Shown in pieces: positions 19,647-29,255 of a DNA stretch of 64,000 nucleotides. The DNA is from Spirochaetia bacterium. Lineage in GTDB: Bacteria > Spirochaetota > Spirochaetia > DSM-2461. Position 1 is the stretch's first letter. Each line of letters starts with the position of its first letter. The DNA lies in assembly GCA_963666985.2 (NCBI GenBank), contig CAXXIA010000001.1:1344001-1408000 (forward strand), given 5' to 3'. The notes below the pieces were generated by a model. The model had not been told where the DNA came from. It searched no databases and was given only the letters and a program-made list of their open reading frames with translations. Made by a program: the position numbers and the translations under genes.

Positions 19647-20891
19647 ATGAAGCGTATGTTCATTGCGTTCACTTTTTTTGCCGCCTCGATCGCCCTCTGG
19701 GGCGATGGAAACGATGTTTATTCATCGGTTTCCGAGTTGTTCGGCATTGATAAAAACGCAGGACAGAATTCTTTTCTCACGCTCCTTATTCCCTCCGGGG
19801 GAAAGTATGAGGGTATGGCCTCGGCCCATACCGCGGTTGTTCTCGACGGCAGCTATCTCGAAGCCAATCCCGCCGGCGGGTCGTTTCTACCGAAAACAAC
19901 CTTAAGCCTTGCCCATGTCGATTGGATCGCCGATTCGGGCCTTGAAACGATAACCTTCGCGTTTCGGCCTGAAAAAGCCGAAGATTTGGGCTTGGGATTC
20001 AGCGGCAAATTCCTCCACGTACCGTTCACCGGCTATAACGAGTGGGGTTCGCAATACAATAACGGGGGCTCGTCGGCCGTAGGCTGGTACACAGAGTTTA
20101 TCGCCACGGCGGCAATCTCCTATAACTTTTTCCGTAATTTTTATTTCGGCGGGCTTTCGGTCGGTGCCGCCATGAAGGCGGGCTACCGGGGTGTCAGTTC
20201 CACTTTGGCAACCGGCCAGAACGCTCTTTCTCTGATGGGTGATTTCGGTCTGATGACTCAGTTCAATTTCTTAAAGCTTTATGCGGCTCGGGATATGAAC
20301 TGGTCCGTGGGAGCCACGGTGAAAAACCTCGGTTCCGAATTCATCGACGATCCCGATCCTCTGCCCACGTATGCCTCGTTCGGAATTTCCTATAAACCCA
20401 TGCGCCCGCTCACCATTGCGTTCGATGTCAACTACCCGTTCAACCTCAACGGCGAGGAAGCCGAAAAGATGAGCTATGCGGCGGGACTCAACGCGGAAAT
20501 TGCGGAATTCGTCTCCGCTCATACCGGTTTTCTCATTAAAACGGGCAAGCCCCGCTTTACCATCGGAGCCGACTTCCGATTAAAAAACATGACCCTCGCC
20601 ACCAATTACACCCTCGATTTAACGACGCGCATGGAAATATTCGACCGAATGAGCGTTCTTGTAAAACTGGATCTCGATACGGTCCGGCAGCTGATTATCA
20701 AAGACGATGTTCAATCGCTCTATCTCGAAGGTCTGGACGCCTATGCCATGGGTGATCTGACGGAAGCGGTGCGGTATTGGGAGAATTGTTTGTCTTTGGA
20801 TCCGACTTTCAAGCCGGCAAGGGAAATGCTGGAAACCGTCGGGAAAACCATGAACCTCGAATCGGAACTTCGTGAAACGCTGATCGATTAG
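19647..20891 (+). CDS. UPF0164 family (FadL/PorV-like) outer-membrane protein with C-terminal TPR
   Basis: Signal peptide; LLIPSGGKYEGMASA..A, EANPAG, HVDWIADS, VKNLG; TPR LYLEGLDAY..GDL.EA..YWE..L.LDP; SD AGGGAGG. Confidence 0.85.
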   Translation: MKRMFIAFTFFAASIALWGDGNDVYSSVSELFGIDKNAGQNSFLTLLIPSGGKYEGMASAHTAVVLDGSYLEANPAGGSFLPKTTLSLAHVDWIADSGLETITFAFRPEKAEDLGLGFSGKFLHVPFTGYNEWGSQYNNGGSSAVGWYTEFIATAAISYNFFRNFYFGGLSVGAAMKAGYRGVSSTLATGQNALSLMGDFGLMTQFNFLKLYAARDMNWSVGATVKNLGSEFIDDPDPLPTYASFGISYKPMRPLTIAFDVNYPFNLNGEEAEKMSYAAGLNAEIAEFVSAHTGFLIKTGKPRFTIGADFRLKNMTLATNYTLDLTTRMEIFDRMSVLVKLDLDTVRQLIIKDDVQSLYLEGLDAYAMGDLTEAVRYWENCLSLDPTFKPAREMLETVGKTMNLESELRETLID

Positions 20892-20973
20892 TCCGAACAA
20901 CCGCTACCGCCGCCCTCTCTTCTCATCTCAATTAAAACGCCCGGCTGTATGCCGAACAGAGTTCTTAAACGGC

Positions 20974-21882
20974 TCAGCCTGGAGTGATTTCTTCCAATGC
21001 CTGCAGAATATTCGACTGGCCGTAAAGGGTTGCGTATTTTCGGGCCGACATGCCGAGCATATCCTTTTTCTCGACATCCGCACCGCCTCGAATCAGTTCG
21101 ATGGCCGCTCCGTCACGTCCGTTTCCCACGGCCAGGATAACGGCGGTCTGTCCGTCCCGGCTTACGTGTTCCAAGTCGGCGCCGAGTTCAATAAACCGCC
21201 GGGTTAACAAATCGTGCCCCCCTGCGGCCGCATCCATTACGGGGGTGGTGCCCCGATCCTCGGCCACACCGTTCAAATCGGCTCCGGCGTCCAGCAGAAT
21301 CTCCACCAGATCGATATGCCCCGACCTGATGGCATGACTCATAACGGGTACGCCCGCTCCGTCACGAAGAGACGGACTGAATCCCGCTTCAAGAAACAAT
21401 CCCATAAGGAATCTGTCGCCCTCCTGCACGGATTCGACAAAAGAACGGGATGAATTTTCGATATTTCTTTCGGTAAGTTCCCGGCGGGCCATAATGGCTT
21501 TGGTTTCCTCGCACCAGGATTCCTCGACTTCCGAATAGTAATCATAAACGTCTTTTTCATCGCCCACGATAATAACGTACCGATTGGCGAATTCGGGAAC
21601 CGCATCGGCATCCTCCGCCGAAACCCAGAACGTCAAACGATCGGTTCTCCCTCTTTGATGTCCGATCGCGTAATAGAGCCACTTGGATGAAAGGCTCTCA
21701 CGATCCGCGATACACAATATATATGGTGAATAATCCAGACAGCGTTCCAAGGTATCCATGCTTTTTTCCAAATCGTTTCTCGGATACCATGCAAGCGATT
21801 CTATAAAAAGGCTGTCAAAGACATGTCTGAGTTTCGGGAGCATTTCGAGATTGTTTTCGCTGCAAACGACTGCCAGTTTCAT
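20974..21882 (-). CDS. Ankyrin repeat protein with N-terminal TIR-like domain
   Basis: About 4 ankyrin repeats (GTTPVMDAAAGGH, GQTAVILAVGNG); SD AGGAG before ATG 21882. Confidence 0.85.
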   Translation of the reverse strand: MKLAVVCSENNLEMLPKLRHVFDSLFIESLAWYPRNDLEKSMDTLERCLDYSPYILCIADRESLSSKWLYYAIGHQRGRTDRLTFWVSAEDADAVPEFANRYVIIVGDEKDVYDYYSEVEESWCEETKAIMARRELTERNIENSSRSFVESVQEGDRFLMGLFLEAGFSPSLRDGAGVPVMSHAIRSGHIDLVEILLDAGADLNGVAEDRGTTPVMDAAAGGHDLLTRRFIELGADLEHVSRDGQTAVILAVGNGRDGAAIELIRGGADVEKKDMLGMSARKYATLYGQSNILQALEEITPG

Positions 21883-21945
21883 GATACTCCTGTTCACCGT
21901 ATACTATTTTTCCATAGTTTAATAGTTTTATCGGCCGAGGTAAAA

Positions 21946-23265
21946 ATGCCGCAAGAGAAAAATATTCCCGAAGAAAAAAAGGATGAGGCTCTCAGACGTT
22001 ATATCGGTCGTCTGGAAGAATGGCCCGAAGACGAACCGCCCTCCCCCGCACAGCTGCGGGCCATACGCCGAGAAATCCATTTAACGCCGGATGATCGGGA
22101 TAAACTTGAGATTCTGGCGGAAAACCATATAAGGAGAGCTCAGACCGCACTTGCCGGAGGTGCGTATGACCAAGCCGCCGCCGAATTGGCGAGAGCCTCG
22201 CAGCTGCGTCCCATGGATCCGCGTCCGCGCGTGGAACTCGCCGGTGTGTATCTCCAGCGGTCCCTTGAACGCGGCTACGGCCGAAACGACAGACAGCGGG
22301 CGGTAAAACTGGCGAGAAAGGCCCTGGAACTCCATCCCGGCGATATTGAGGCCAAACAATTTCTTGCCCAGTACAGGCGGATGAACGCCGATTTCAATTC
22401 CGCGAAATACAGAAAATACGCCATACCCGCGCTTCTCATCCTCTCGGCTTTATCCCTCATGCTGTGGTGGCGAATGGATTGGATCATCGGCTTATTCAAC
22501 GGCGGCGGGAATCCTGAATCCGCCGGGGCGACTGTGGAAATCCCATCCGGGATGATTCCTTGCGAACGGGAACTGCCCGTAGAGCTCGGCAGCTTGGGAG
22601 ATGGAGGCCTGATTGTTGAAATTGAATCCGCCGCCGTGGGCCGCCGGGATGATTCATCATTTTTCGATATCGAAGGAACAATTGAAGCCCGGGATGCGGC
22701 GCTCGGTTCCATGACCCTCATGATTCGCGGCAGAAGCGAAGAGGGAACGGCGCTTTTTGCCGTACCCGTTCCCATTCGCAGCGGGGCATCGCCTGTTCTT
22801 ATGCCCGGCGATTCGGAGCCTCTGAGTATTTTTCGATGGCTGGCCGTTTCCGAAACGGAGATTTCCCGTTTGGAGATTTCTCAGGCCGAAGCGGATTTGA
22901 TGCTGAAGATTCCCGAAAGAAACATCAGGGAAGCCGAAATCGTTTGGGATGCTCCGCGCCCGGAACATATCTCTGTGAAAGCCGAAATCCGCGACCGAAC
23001 AATCGTGGAGGCCTACGACCGGCAGGTTATGCTTATGGATTTCGCCGTGGAAAATACGGGTACGGCGGATATATCGGGACTGTCCGTCGGTCTCTCCTTG
23101 GGATCCCAATGGCCCGATTATCCGGTTACTCTCATAGCCGGAGAGAATCCCGCACTCTCCCGCGGGGAAAGACGCGTATGGTCCATGGCCTTGGGATTTC
23201 CTCTGGATGCGGACCACTTATCGGAAAGACCTCTGACGGTACGGATAACAGACGCGGGCCTTTAA
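21946..23265 (+). CDS. TPR-containing single-pass membrane protein with periplasmic beta-rich domains
   Basis: TPR-like helices (GAYDQAAAELARASQLRP; ARKALELHP), TM AIPALLILSALSLMLWW, Ig-like motifs (VENTG; LMPGDS). Confidence 0.7.
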   Translation: MPQEKNIPEEKKDEALRRYIGRLEEWPEDEPPSPAQLRAIRREIHLTPDDRDKLEILAENHIRRAQTALAGGAYDQAAAELARASQLRPMDPRPRVELAGVYLQRSLERGYGRNDRQRAVKLARKALELHPGDIEAKQFLAQYRRMNADFNSAKYRKYAIPALLILSALSLMLWWRMDWIIGLFNGGGNPESAGATVEIPSGMIPCERELPVELGSLGDGGLIVEIESAAVGRRDDSSFFDIEGTIEARDAALGSMTLMIRGRSEEGTALFAVPVPIRSGASPVLMPGDSEPLSIFRWLAVSETEISRLEISQAEADLMLKIPERNIREAEIVWDAPRPEHISVKAEIRDRTIVEAYDRQVMLMDFAVENTGTADISGLSVGLSLGSQWPDYPVTLIAGENPALSRGERRVWSMALGFPLDADHLSERPLTVRITDAGL

Positions 23266-23320
23266 CCCGCCAATCCGCCCATAAGATCGGGAAGTCCCTT
23301 AACGGCTCCTTCTCAATCCC

Positions 23321-23623
23321 TCAGCCGCCGGATGCCTTTTTTCGATAAATCTCAATCATATGGGCAAACGCGGAGTTCTCTTTCTTCAGTTCCCGCGAAC
23401 CGCGGGTGATTTTACAAAGACTCAAGCCCAATTCCTTCGATATGGCTCTTTGAGAAAGACCTTTATCGATTAACCTGACAAGAGTCCACCGGGATGAAAT
23501 ATCCGTTATCTCGTTTTCCGTTAAAAGGCTCTTAAGAAATTCTGAAATTACGTGCGGATCGTTCTCAATCGCCAGGACTTGAGAGAGTTCCGCAAGAGGG
23601 GTTGGATCAATATCGTCAAACAT
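23321..23623 (-). CDS. TrpR/YerC-YecD family transcriptional regulator
   Basis: LLTENE...SRW...SQRAISKELGLSLCKITRGSRELK. Confidence 0.9.
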   Translation of the reverse strand: MFDDIDPTPLAELSQVLAIENDPHVISEFLKSLLTENEITDISSRWTLVRLIDKGLSQRAISKELGLSLCKITRGSRELKKENSAFAHMIEIYRKKASGG

Positions 23624-23633
23624 AGTTTTCACA

Positions 23634-23663
23634 ACTATAGGTTCGTCTCGGAAGTATCGTCAA
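23634..23663 (-). promoter_or_regulatory. Putative sigma70 promoter of the TrpR-like gene
   Basis: TTGACG-N18-TATAGT on the minus strand, 10 nt before ATG 23623. Confidence 0.6.
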
Positions 23664-23716
23664 GGAGAAACAGTCTCTCTCCGAATGTTCCTCAAGTCCT
23701 CCGATGGGAAGGAATA

Positions 23717-25099
23717 TCATTCCGCCGAATCTTTCAGGAACTCCGCTTCCATTCCATAATCATGAATTTTCCTATGGAGGGTCTTCCTGCCTATGCCTAA
23801 AATATCCGCCGTTCTGCTCTTATTTCCGCCTTGAGCGTTCAAGTTGGCCCGGATAATCATTTTCTCGGCTTCCGCGATGGGGATTCCGACGGGAATCAGG
23901 ATTCCCGTGTCGTCTTCAGCGCCTTTTAATTGGGATGGAAGATCATCGGGGCCGATATAGGCGCTCCTGCTTAAAACAACGGCACTTTCAATAACATTCT
24001 TCAGTTCCCGAACATTTCCCGGCCATCGGTAGGAGCGTAAAAGCATTGCCGCCTTCGGTTCGAGTCCCTGCACGTCTTTACCGTTTTCCCGGGCGCTTTC
24101 CTTGATGAATCGCGCCGCAAGAAGAGGAATGTCGTCAGGCCGCTCTCTTAAGGGCGGGAGGTGCAGATTCACCACGTTGAGCCGATAATACAGATCCTCC
24201 CGAAAACGTCCCGCTTCAACTTCGGCTTTTAAATCTCGATTCGTAGCGGCGATAATCCTGACATCCACGGATATGGTCTTTTCGCCTCCCACTCGCTCGA
24301 AACTGCGCTCCTGAATCACTCTGAGAATCTTTACCTGGGTGGTCTGGTCAATTTCTCCAATTTCATCGAGGAAAATCGTTCCTCCGTCGGCAAGCTCAAA
24401 GCGGCCCTTTTTCTGTCCGATCGCTCCGGTAAACGAGCCCTTCTCATGCCCGAAAAGCTCGGATTCCAGTAAAGTTTCGGATAATGCCGCGCAGTGAACT
24501 TTAACCAGCGGCGCATCCTTTCTGGGCGAATGCTCATGAAGGGCATTCGCCACCAATTCCTTGCCGGTTCCGCTCTCGCCGGTTACCAGAACGCTGGCTT
24601 TCGTCGGCCCCACTTGTTCAATAAGTTCAAAAAGACGGGACATCGGCGCGCTTTTTCCCAGGAGTTCTCCGCCGCTTTTCCGGCGCTCCAGGCGATCAAC
24701 CTCTTCCTGCAGTTCCTGATGCTTTCTGGCCAGTTCCCGCCGTCCGAGCGCCCTTTTCACCAAAAGACCGAGACGTTCAAGGTTTACCGGTTTGGTTAAG
24801 AAATCATAGGCACCGTCGCGCATTGCCTGAACGGCGTTGTCCACCGTTCCGTGTCCGGTCAGAATAATCACCGGAACCGTCGGATATGAGGAAGTCACCC
24901 TCTTTAAAAGCTCTTCTCCGGACATCCGCGGCATTTTCAAATCCGCGATAATCAGATCGATTTCCGTCTTGAGCATGATTTTCAGCGCATCCTGACCGTC
25001 CTCGGCCTGAAAGACTTCATATCCATCCATCTCAAGCGACTTGGCCAATCCCGACCTGATGTTCTTTTCATCGTCGACAACGAGCAGTTTGAAGGTCAT
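23717..25099 (-). CDS. Sigma54-dependent NtrC-family response regulator (Rrp2-like)
   Basis: REC (VVDDE, ADLKMP), GESGTGKE, ELFGHEKGSFTGA, FLDEIGE, WPGNVREL, Fis-type HTH. Confidence 0.96.
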   Translation of the reverse strand: MTFKLLVVDDEKNIRSGLAKSLEMDGYEVFQAEDGQDALKIMLKTEIDLIIADLKMPRMSGEELLKRVTSSYPTVPVIILTGHGTVDNAVQAMRDGAYDFLTKPVNLERLGLLVKRALGRRELARKHQELQEEVDRLERRKSGGELLGKSAPMSRLFELIEQVGPTKASVLVTGESGTGKELVANALHEHSPRKDAPLVKVHCAALSETLLESELFGHEKGSFTGAIGQKKGRFELADGGTIFLDEIGEIDQTTQVKILRVIQERSFERVGGEKTISVDVRIIAATNRDLKAEVEAGRFREDLYYRLNVVNLHLPPLRERPDDIPLLAARFIKESARENGKDVQGLEPKAAMLLRSYRWPGNVRELKNVIESAVVLSRSAYIGPDDLPSQLKGAEDDTGILIPVGIPIAEAEKMIIRANLNAQGGNKSRTADILGIGRKTLHRKIHDYGMEAEFLKDSAE

Positions 25100-26256
25100 G
25101 ATTCGCCTCCGGAAAGCAGTTTCCGTTCACTCTGAAGTACCGGAAGAGTGATGCGGAACGTAGTGCCCTGACCGAGTCTTGAATCCATATGCAAATCGCC
25201 CCCGTGTTCCTTAACAACCTTATAGACCACCGTAAGACCGAGCCCCGAGCCGGTATCCCGCGTGGTGAAATACGGCTCGAAGATTTTTCCCTGAATTTCT
25301 TCGGGGATTCCCCCTCCCGTATCGCTGACTTCGAGAATCACTCCTTCTCTTTCCCGGCGCGTCTGAAGCTTCAGTTCTCCTCCGTTGGGCATGGCGGAGA
25401 GGGCATTCTTTACAAGATTTAAAAGGGCTCTTTTCATGGATCCTTCATCCAAGGAAACGGGAGGAAGCGTATCGTCCAGAATCGGAACCACGCGAACTCG
25501 GGCCTCTTCGGCTTCGTACTTGAGAAACTGTACAAGATCGACGACGAGCGCGTTCAAATCCGAAGGATGAGGTCTGGACTCCATGGGCCTAACGGCAAAA
25601 AGATAATCGGAAACGATGGTATTGAGCCTTTCGGTCTCTTCTTCCAGGATTCCCAGTGATTCTTTCAAATCATCCGGATCCGCGCATGCGCCCTTCAGCT
25701 GGCGCTTCATTAATTGAAGATGAATACTCATCGAAGCCAAAGGATTCTTGATTTCATGGGCAACACCGGCGGCCATCGTTGTGAGGGACGCCAGTGATTC
25801 GGCCCTCTTCAAACGAGCTTCTTCCTCACGCTTTGCCGTGACATCCTCGACATAAAGCATGCTCCCCATGATTTTTCCCCGATCCACGAGAGGAAGAATC
25901 CCGCAGGATAAAATATATTTTCGTCCGCGGCCGCGAACCGGAAAATCCGTCATGGCCGCGCCTCGATCCTCCTCGAGCGCTCTCCTGACGAACTCGGCAA
26001 GCTCTGAAGAAAGAATGGTTTCCCACGCGAAAAAATCCATCGGATCGGGGACGGCCAGAGGAAGAAGGCGCTTGGCGGGTGTGTTGATCATGAGAACCTT
26101 GTTGTCCGCTCCCATAACCATGACGCCTCCGGGGATGGAAGACAAAACCATCTCAAGCTGCTCATTATCGGCAACAAGTTCCTGAACCAGACTGTGAAGC
26201 CGGTCATGATCCAGCCTGTCCAGGCTTTTGAGGGCCCTCCGAACGAGTTTTCTCAC
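25096..26256 (-). CDS. Soluble PAS histidine kinase (Hk2-like)
   Basis: PAS region; AHEIKNPL, NLVKNA, DTGGGI, FEPYFTT, GSGLGL. GTG 26256 overlaps the upstream TGA. Confidence 0.93.
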   Translation of the reverse strand: MRKLVRRALKSLDRLDHDRLHSLVQELVADNEQLEMVLSSIPGGVMVMGADNKVLMINTPAKRLLPLAVPDPMDFFAWETILSSELAEFVRRALEEDRGAAMTDFPVRGRGRKYILSCGILPLVDRGKIMGSMLYVEDVTAKREEEARLKRAESLASLTTMAAGVAHEIKNPLASMSIHLQLMKRQLKGACADPDDLKESLGILEEETERLNTIVSDYLFAVRPMESRPHPSDLNALVVDLVQFLKYEAEEARVRVVPILDDTLPPVSLDEGSMKRALLNLVKNALSAMPNGGELKLQTRREREGVILEVSDTGGGIPEEIQGKIFEPYFTTRDTGSGLGLTVVYKVVKEHGGDLHMDSRLGQGTTFRITLPVLQSERKLLSGGES

Positions 26257-27422
26257 CCGGCGCCTCCAAAAGACGAGAACAGGCCCCTGAGAATCATCGG
26301 GATGGGCAGATTCAGACTTTCCGCGCGCATCCTTGCATCTCTCAGCCAAGCGGCTTCGTTTTGGGCACGGCGATGATCCGGACTCGGGTTCGTTCTCAGT
26401 CCGAGCCTGAGTTCTTCTCCCAGGGCCTCAAGGAAGGCAATAAGATCGGGAATATCTTTAATGTCGGAAACGGCATCCGGGAACTCCTTTCGGCTACCTT
26501 GCGCGAGCTGAAGGAACTCGGCCGCCGTTTCCTTCATTCGCTCCGAAGGTCCGCTCCTCCAGGCTCGAAAGTATTCCTTAAGCCCGCTCCATCGGTTCGT
26601 TTCCTCACGAAACACGCGGCGAAGAACTTCGGCTTCCTCGGAGGCCTTCCGCTGAGGGAAGGAATAATCTCTGAGCCGCGAAACGATTGTCGGAAGCAGC
26701 ATCGACTTTCTATCGCAAATGAGTATGGCCGTTGTATCGGCCGGCGGCTCTTCAAGGAATTTCAGCAGCGCGTTCCGGGAAGCCTCCGGCATCCTGTCGG
26801 CCGCGTCGATGATAACGGTTTTATGATCGCCGGCGGCCGAATGAACCGCCCAACTTGTGATATGGCGAATCTGAAGTACGGGAATTACCGACGGCAGAAC
26901 TTTCTGCAGAGAAGCGCAGTCATCAACAAGTCCGTCCAGAAGCTTTTCCAGTTCGTCTCCTTCGGAAAGCGGCGATCCGGGAAGAATGTCGTCGACCGTT
27001 TCGGCCAAACGGTTCATTACGGGAACGATTTTGGAAAGTTTTTTCTCCTCTCCCGACCACAGAACCGGATCGAAGCGTCTGATAAGCTTCCCGGCCGATC
27101 GGGCCACGAGGAATCTCGGGGCATCGGAAACGTTTCTTCTGAGAACTTCCGCGGAAGCCGCGATTTCAGCCGTTAAGTCCCGACTGCCGACAAGCAGAGT
27201 TCTCGGATGAGAGAGAGCCCTGTGCAGGCGGCAATGTGAGCAGGTACAATTCCACGCGGCTTCTTTTTCACAGGAAAGAACGCGGGCAAGTTCGATGGCC
27301 GCCGTAAGTTTGCCCGACATGGCCGGACCGGAAAACAGAATGGACGGCGGCAGCGACTCGTTTAGGATATCATGCCGAAGCCGAGAGATAACCCGATCCT
27401 GATACAAAATATTATCAAACAT
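26253..27422 (-). CDS. holB: DNA polymerase III delta-prime/gamma-tau-like clamp loader subunit
   Basis: LFSGP..SGK, Cys cluster, IDAADRM...SRNALLKFLEEPP, LLPTIVSR. Confidence 0.8.
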   Translation of the reverse strand: MFDNILYQDRVISRLRHDILNESLPPSILFSGPAMSGKLTAAIELARVLSCEKEAAWNCTCSHCRLHRALSHPRTLLVGSRDLTAEIAASAEVLRRNVSDAPRFLVARSAGKLIRRFDPVLWSGEEKKLSKIVPVMNRLAETVDDILPGSPLSEGDELEKLLDGLVDDCASLQKVLPSVIPVLQIRHITSWAVHSAAGDHKTVIIDAADRMPEASRNALLKFLEEPPADTTAILICDRKSMLLPTIVSRLRDYSFPQRKASEEAEVLRRVFREETNRWSGLKEYFRAWRSGPSERMKETAAEFLQLAQGSRKEFPDAVSDIKDIPDLIAFLEALGEELRLGLRTNPSPDHRRAQNEAAWLRDARMRAESLNLPIPMILRGLFSSFGGAG

Positions 27423-27958
27423 CACAAGCCTCCCGAAAAGGCCGTAAGAAGATTCGGAAAGAGGTGGTTGAGCGCCGATATAATCAGACTGCCCCGGAAC
27501 ATTTTTGAGGCAGGAGGAGACGGAAGGCGCAAAAGCTGCACGGAGAATAAGAGAGCAAGCGCTCCTCCCGCACAAATCCCTATAAGAGCTCCCGCACTTC
27601 GGGATACAACACCTTTATCGGGATCCGTTAAATATCGTCCGAAGAGCACCGAACCGATAAAAAAAGCAAAAACAAGGAATACAGTCATCAGCGCAGGCAA
27701 AAAAGCCGCAATCCAGGAGGCCGCGGCATGCCCCTCCAGAATAAGCACCGCAACCGCGGGCGCATTGGGATAATTCTCGGAACCGACACCGGAGAAATCC
27801 AGGATCAGCCGCTCCAAAGGAACCGTTAACAGGGCCGCGGCAAGAAGCGATCCGAACAGAACCACGGCGGCGAATAAAGCCGGCCGCAAACTCCTTAAAA
27901 TCCCATAAAGCAGTCCGAGAAAAACCAAAACAACCAGAAACCAGTCGGTCGGTGTCAT
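27422..27958 (-). CDS. CvpA (colicin V production) family membrane protein
   Basis: DWFLVVLV...YGILR, four hydrophobic segments, SRSAGALIG; lies between murG and holB. Confidence 0.7.
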   Translation of the reverse strand: MTPTDWFLVVLVFLGLLYGILRSLRPALFAAVVLFGSLLAAALLTVPLERLILDFSGVGSENYPNAPAVAVLILEGHAAASWIAAFLPALMTVFLVFAFFIGSVLFGRYLTDPDKGVVSRSAGALIGICAGGALALLFSVQLLRLPSPPASKMFRGSLIISALNHLFPNLLTAFSGGL

Positions 27959-29055
27959 ATCGCGCATTCCTTGATAACTTCGGCGATTCGGTCGGCGGCC
28001 TCTTCGGCCGGATACGCCGCCGCCGCGGCTTTCATCGCCGACAATCCGTTCGGAGATAAAAATAATTCCTTTACGATACGGCCCAAGTCCTCGGGCCCGG
28101 AATCGGGCGGCAGAATCACCGCCATACCGGATTTCTCAGCAGATTCGGCATTGAGAACCTGATCCCCTCTGGTTCCGCTTCCCCGAAGGGGTATAAAAAT
28201 CGCCGGAGTTCCCGTTGCCGCGAATTCCCAGAGGGAACCGGCGCCGCTCCGACCGACGGCCAAATCGGCGGCCGCCAGCAAGTGCGGCAGCTCCTCATGA
28301 AAAAACGGCCGGCTTAAATAGCCGTATTTCTCGGCAAGAGCCGGATTCCCGGGTCCGGTTTGATGAACAACGGCCGCGATTTCAAGCATCGCATCCAAAG
28401 ATCCGTAAACCAGGTCATTCACTTCTCGGGCACCCTGGGATCCTCCGAGAACCAATATAAGCGGCCGCGGATCATCCGGTTCGAGACCGGCGATTTTTCT
28501 CCCTTTCTCGGGATCGGCCGTTTCGGAATTGAAAAAATCGTCCCTGACCGGATTTCCCGCGACGACGGCGTTTTTCGCGGCCTCCGGAGAAAGATAAGAG
28601 AGAGTCTCTTTATAACTGACCAGTATCCGCGCTCCCATTTTCATGTTCAGACGGGTCGCGAGACCGGGGTCCACATCCGATTCGTGCGTCATCGCGGGAA
28701 TATGAAGACATCGCGCGGCGGCAACGGGCGGTACGGAGACAAATCCTCCCTTGGAAAAAACGGCATTGGGTTTTTCTTTTCGCAGAATCCGCAAGGCGCA
28801 GCAAAAACCGGCGGCGATCCGGAATATATCCGTGATGTTTCTTAGAGAAAAATACCTGCGAAGCTTTCCGGCCGGGATTCCGTAATACCGGATACCGGCA
28901 TTTTCAACCAGTTTCCGTTCCATTCCCCGCTTGGAGCCGATCCAGATGACATCGAAGCCCGCCGATCGCATCCGTTCGGCGACGGGGAACGCGGGAAAAA
29001 CATGTCCGGCGGTACCGCCTCCGGTAAAGGCGATGATTTTTTGTTTCTCACTCAT
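27955..29055 (-). CDS. murG: MurG lipid II GlcNAc transferase
   Basis: TGGGTAGHVFP, KGGFVS, GNPVR, LGGSQGA, RSGAGS, DQVLNA. Confidence 0.97.
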   Translation of the reverse strand: MSEKQKIIAFTGGGTAGHVFPAFPVAERMRSAGFDVIWIGSKRGMERKLVENAGIRYYGIPAGKLRRYFSLRNITDIFRIAAGFCCALRILRKEKPNAVFSKGGFVSVPPVAAARCLHIPAMTHESDVDPGLATRLNMKMGARILVSYKETLSYLSPEAAKNAVVAGNPVRDDFFNSETADPEKGRKIAGLEPDDPRPLILVLGGSQGAREVNDLVYGSLDAMLEIAAVVHQTGPGNPALAEKYGYLSRPFFHEELPHLLAAADLAVGRSGAGSLWEFAATGTPAIFIPLRGSGTRGDQVLNAESAEKSGMAVILPPDSGPEDLGRIVKELFLSPNGLSAMKAAAAAYPAEEAADRIAEVIKECAI

Positions 29056-29255
29056 GTTACCCGTTCAGAGTAGCCGATGACGGCCGGGAGAAAAAGCCCT
29101 AATGAAATTGCGGCCGCGATGTCGCGAATCCCGCGTTCCATCTTCGCGCGGCGCCTCGCCGCCTTCGGCCGCTGCCGTCATCATCCTGCCGACTTTTCGC
29201 TCCCAACCTCGCGCGCGGCCTTCGGTTCGAGTCCCGAATATTATGTAAAAATTAT

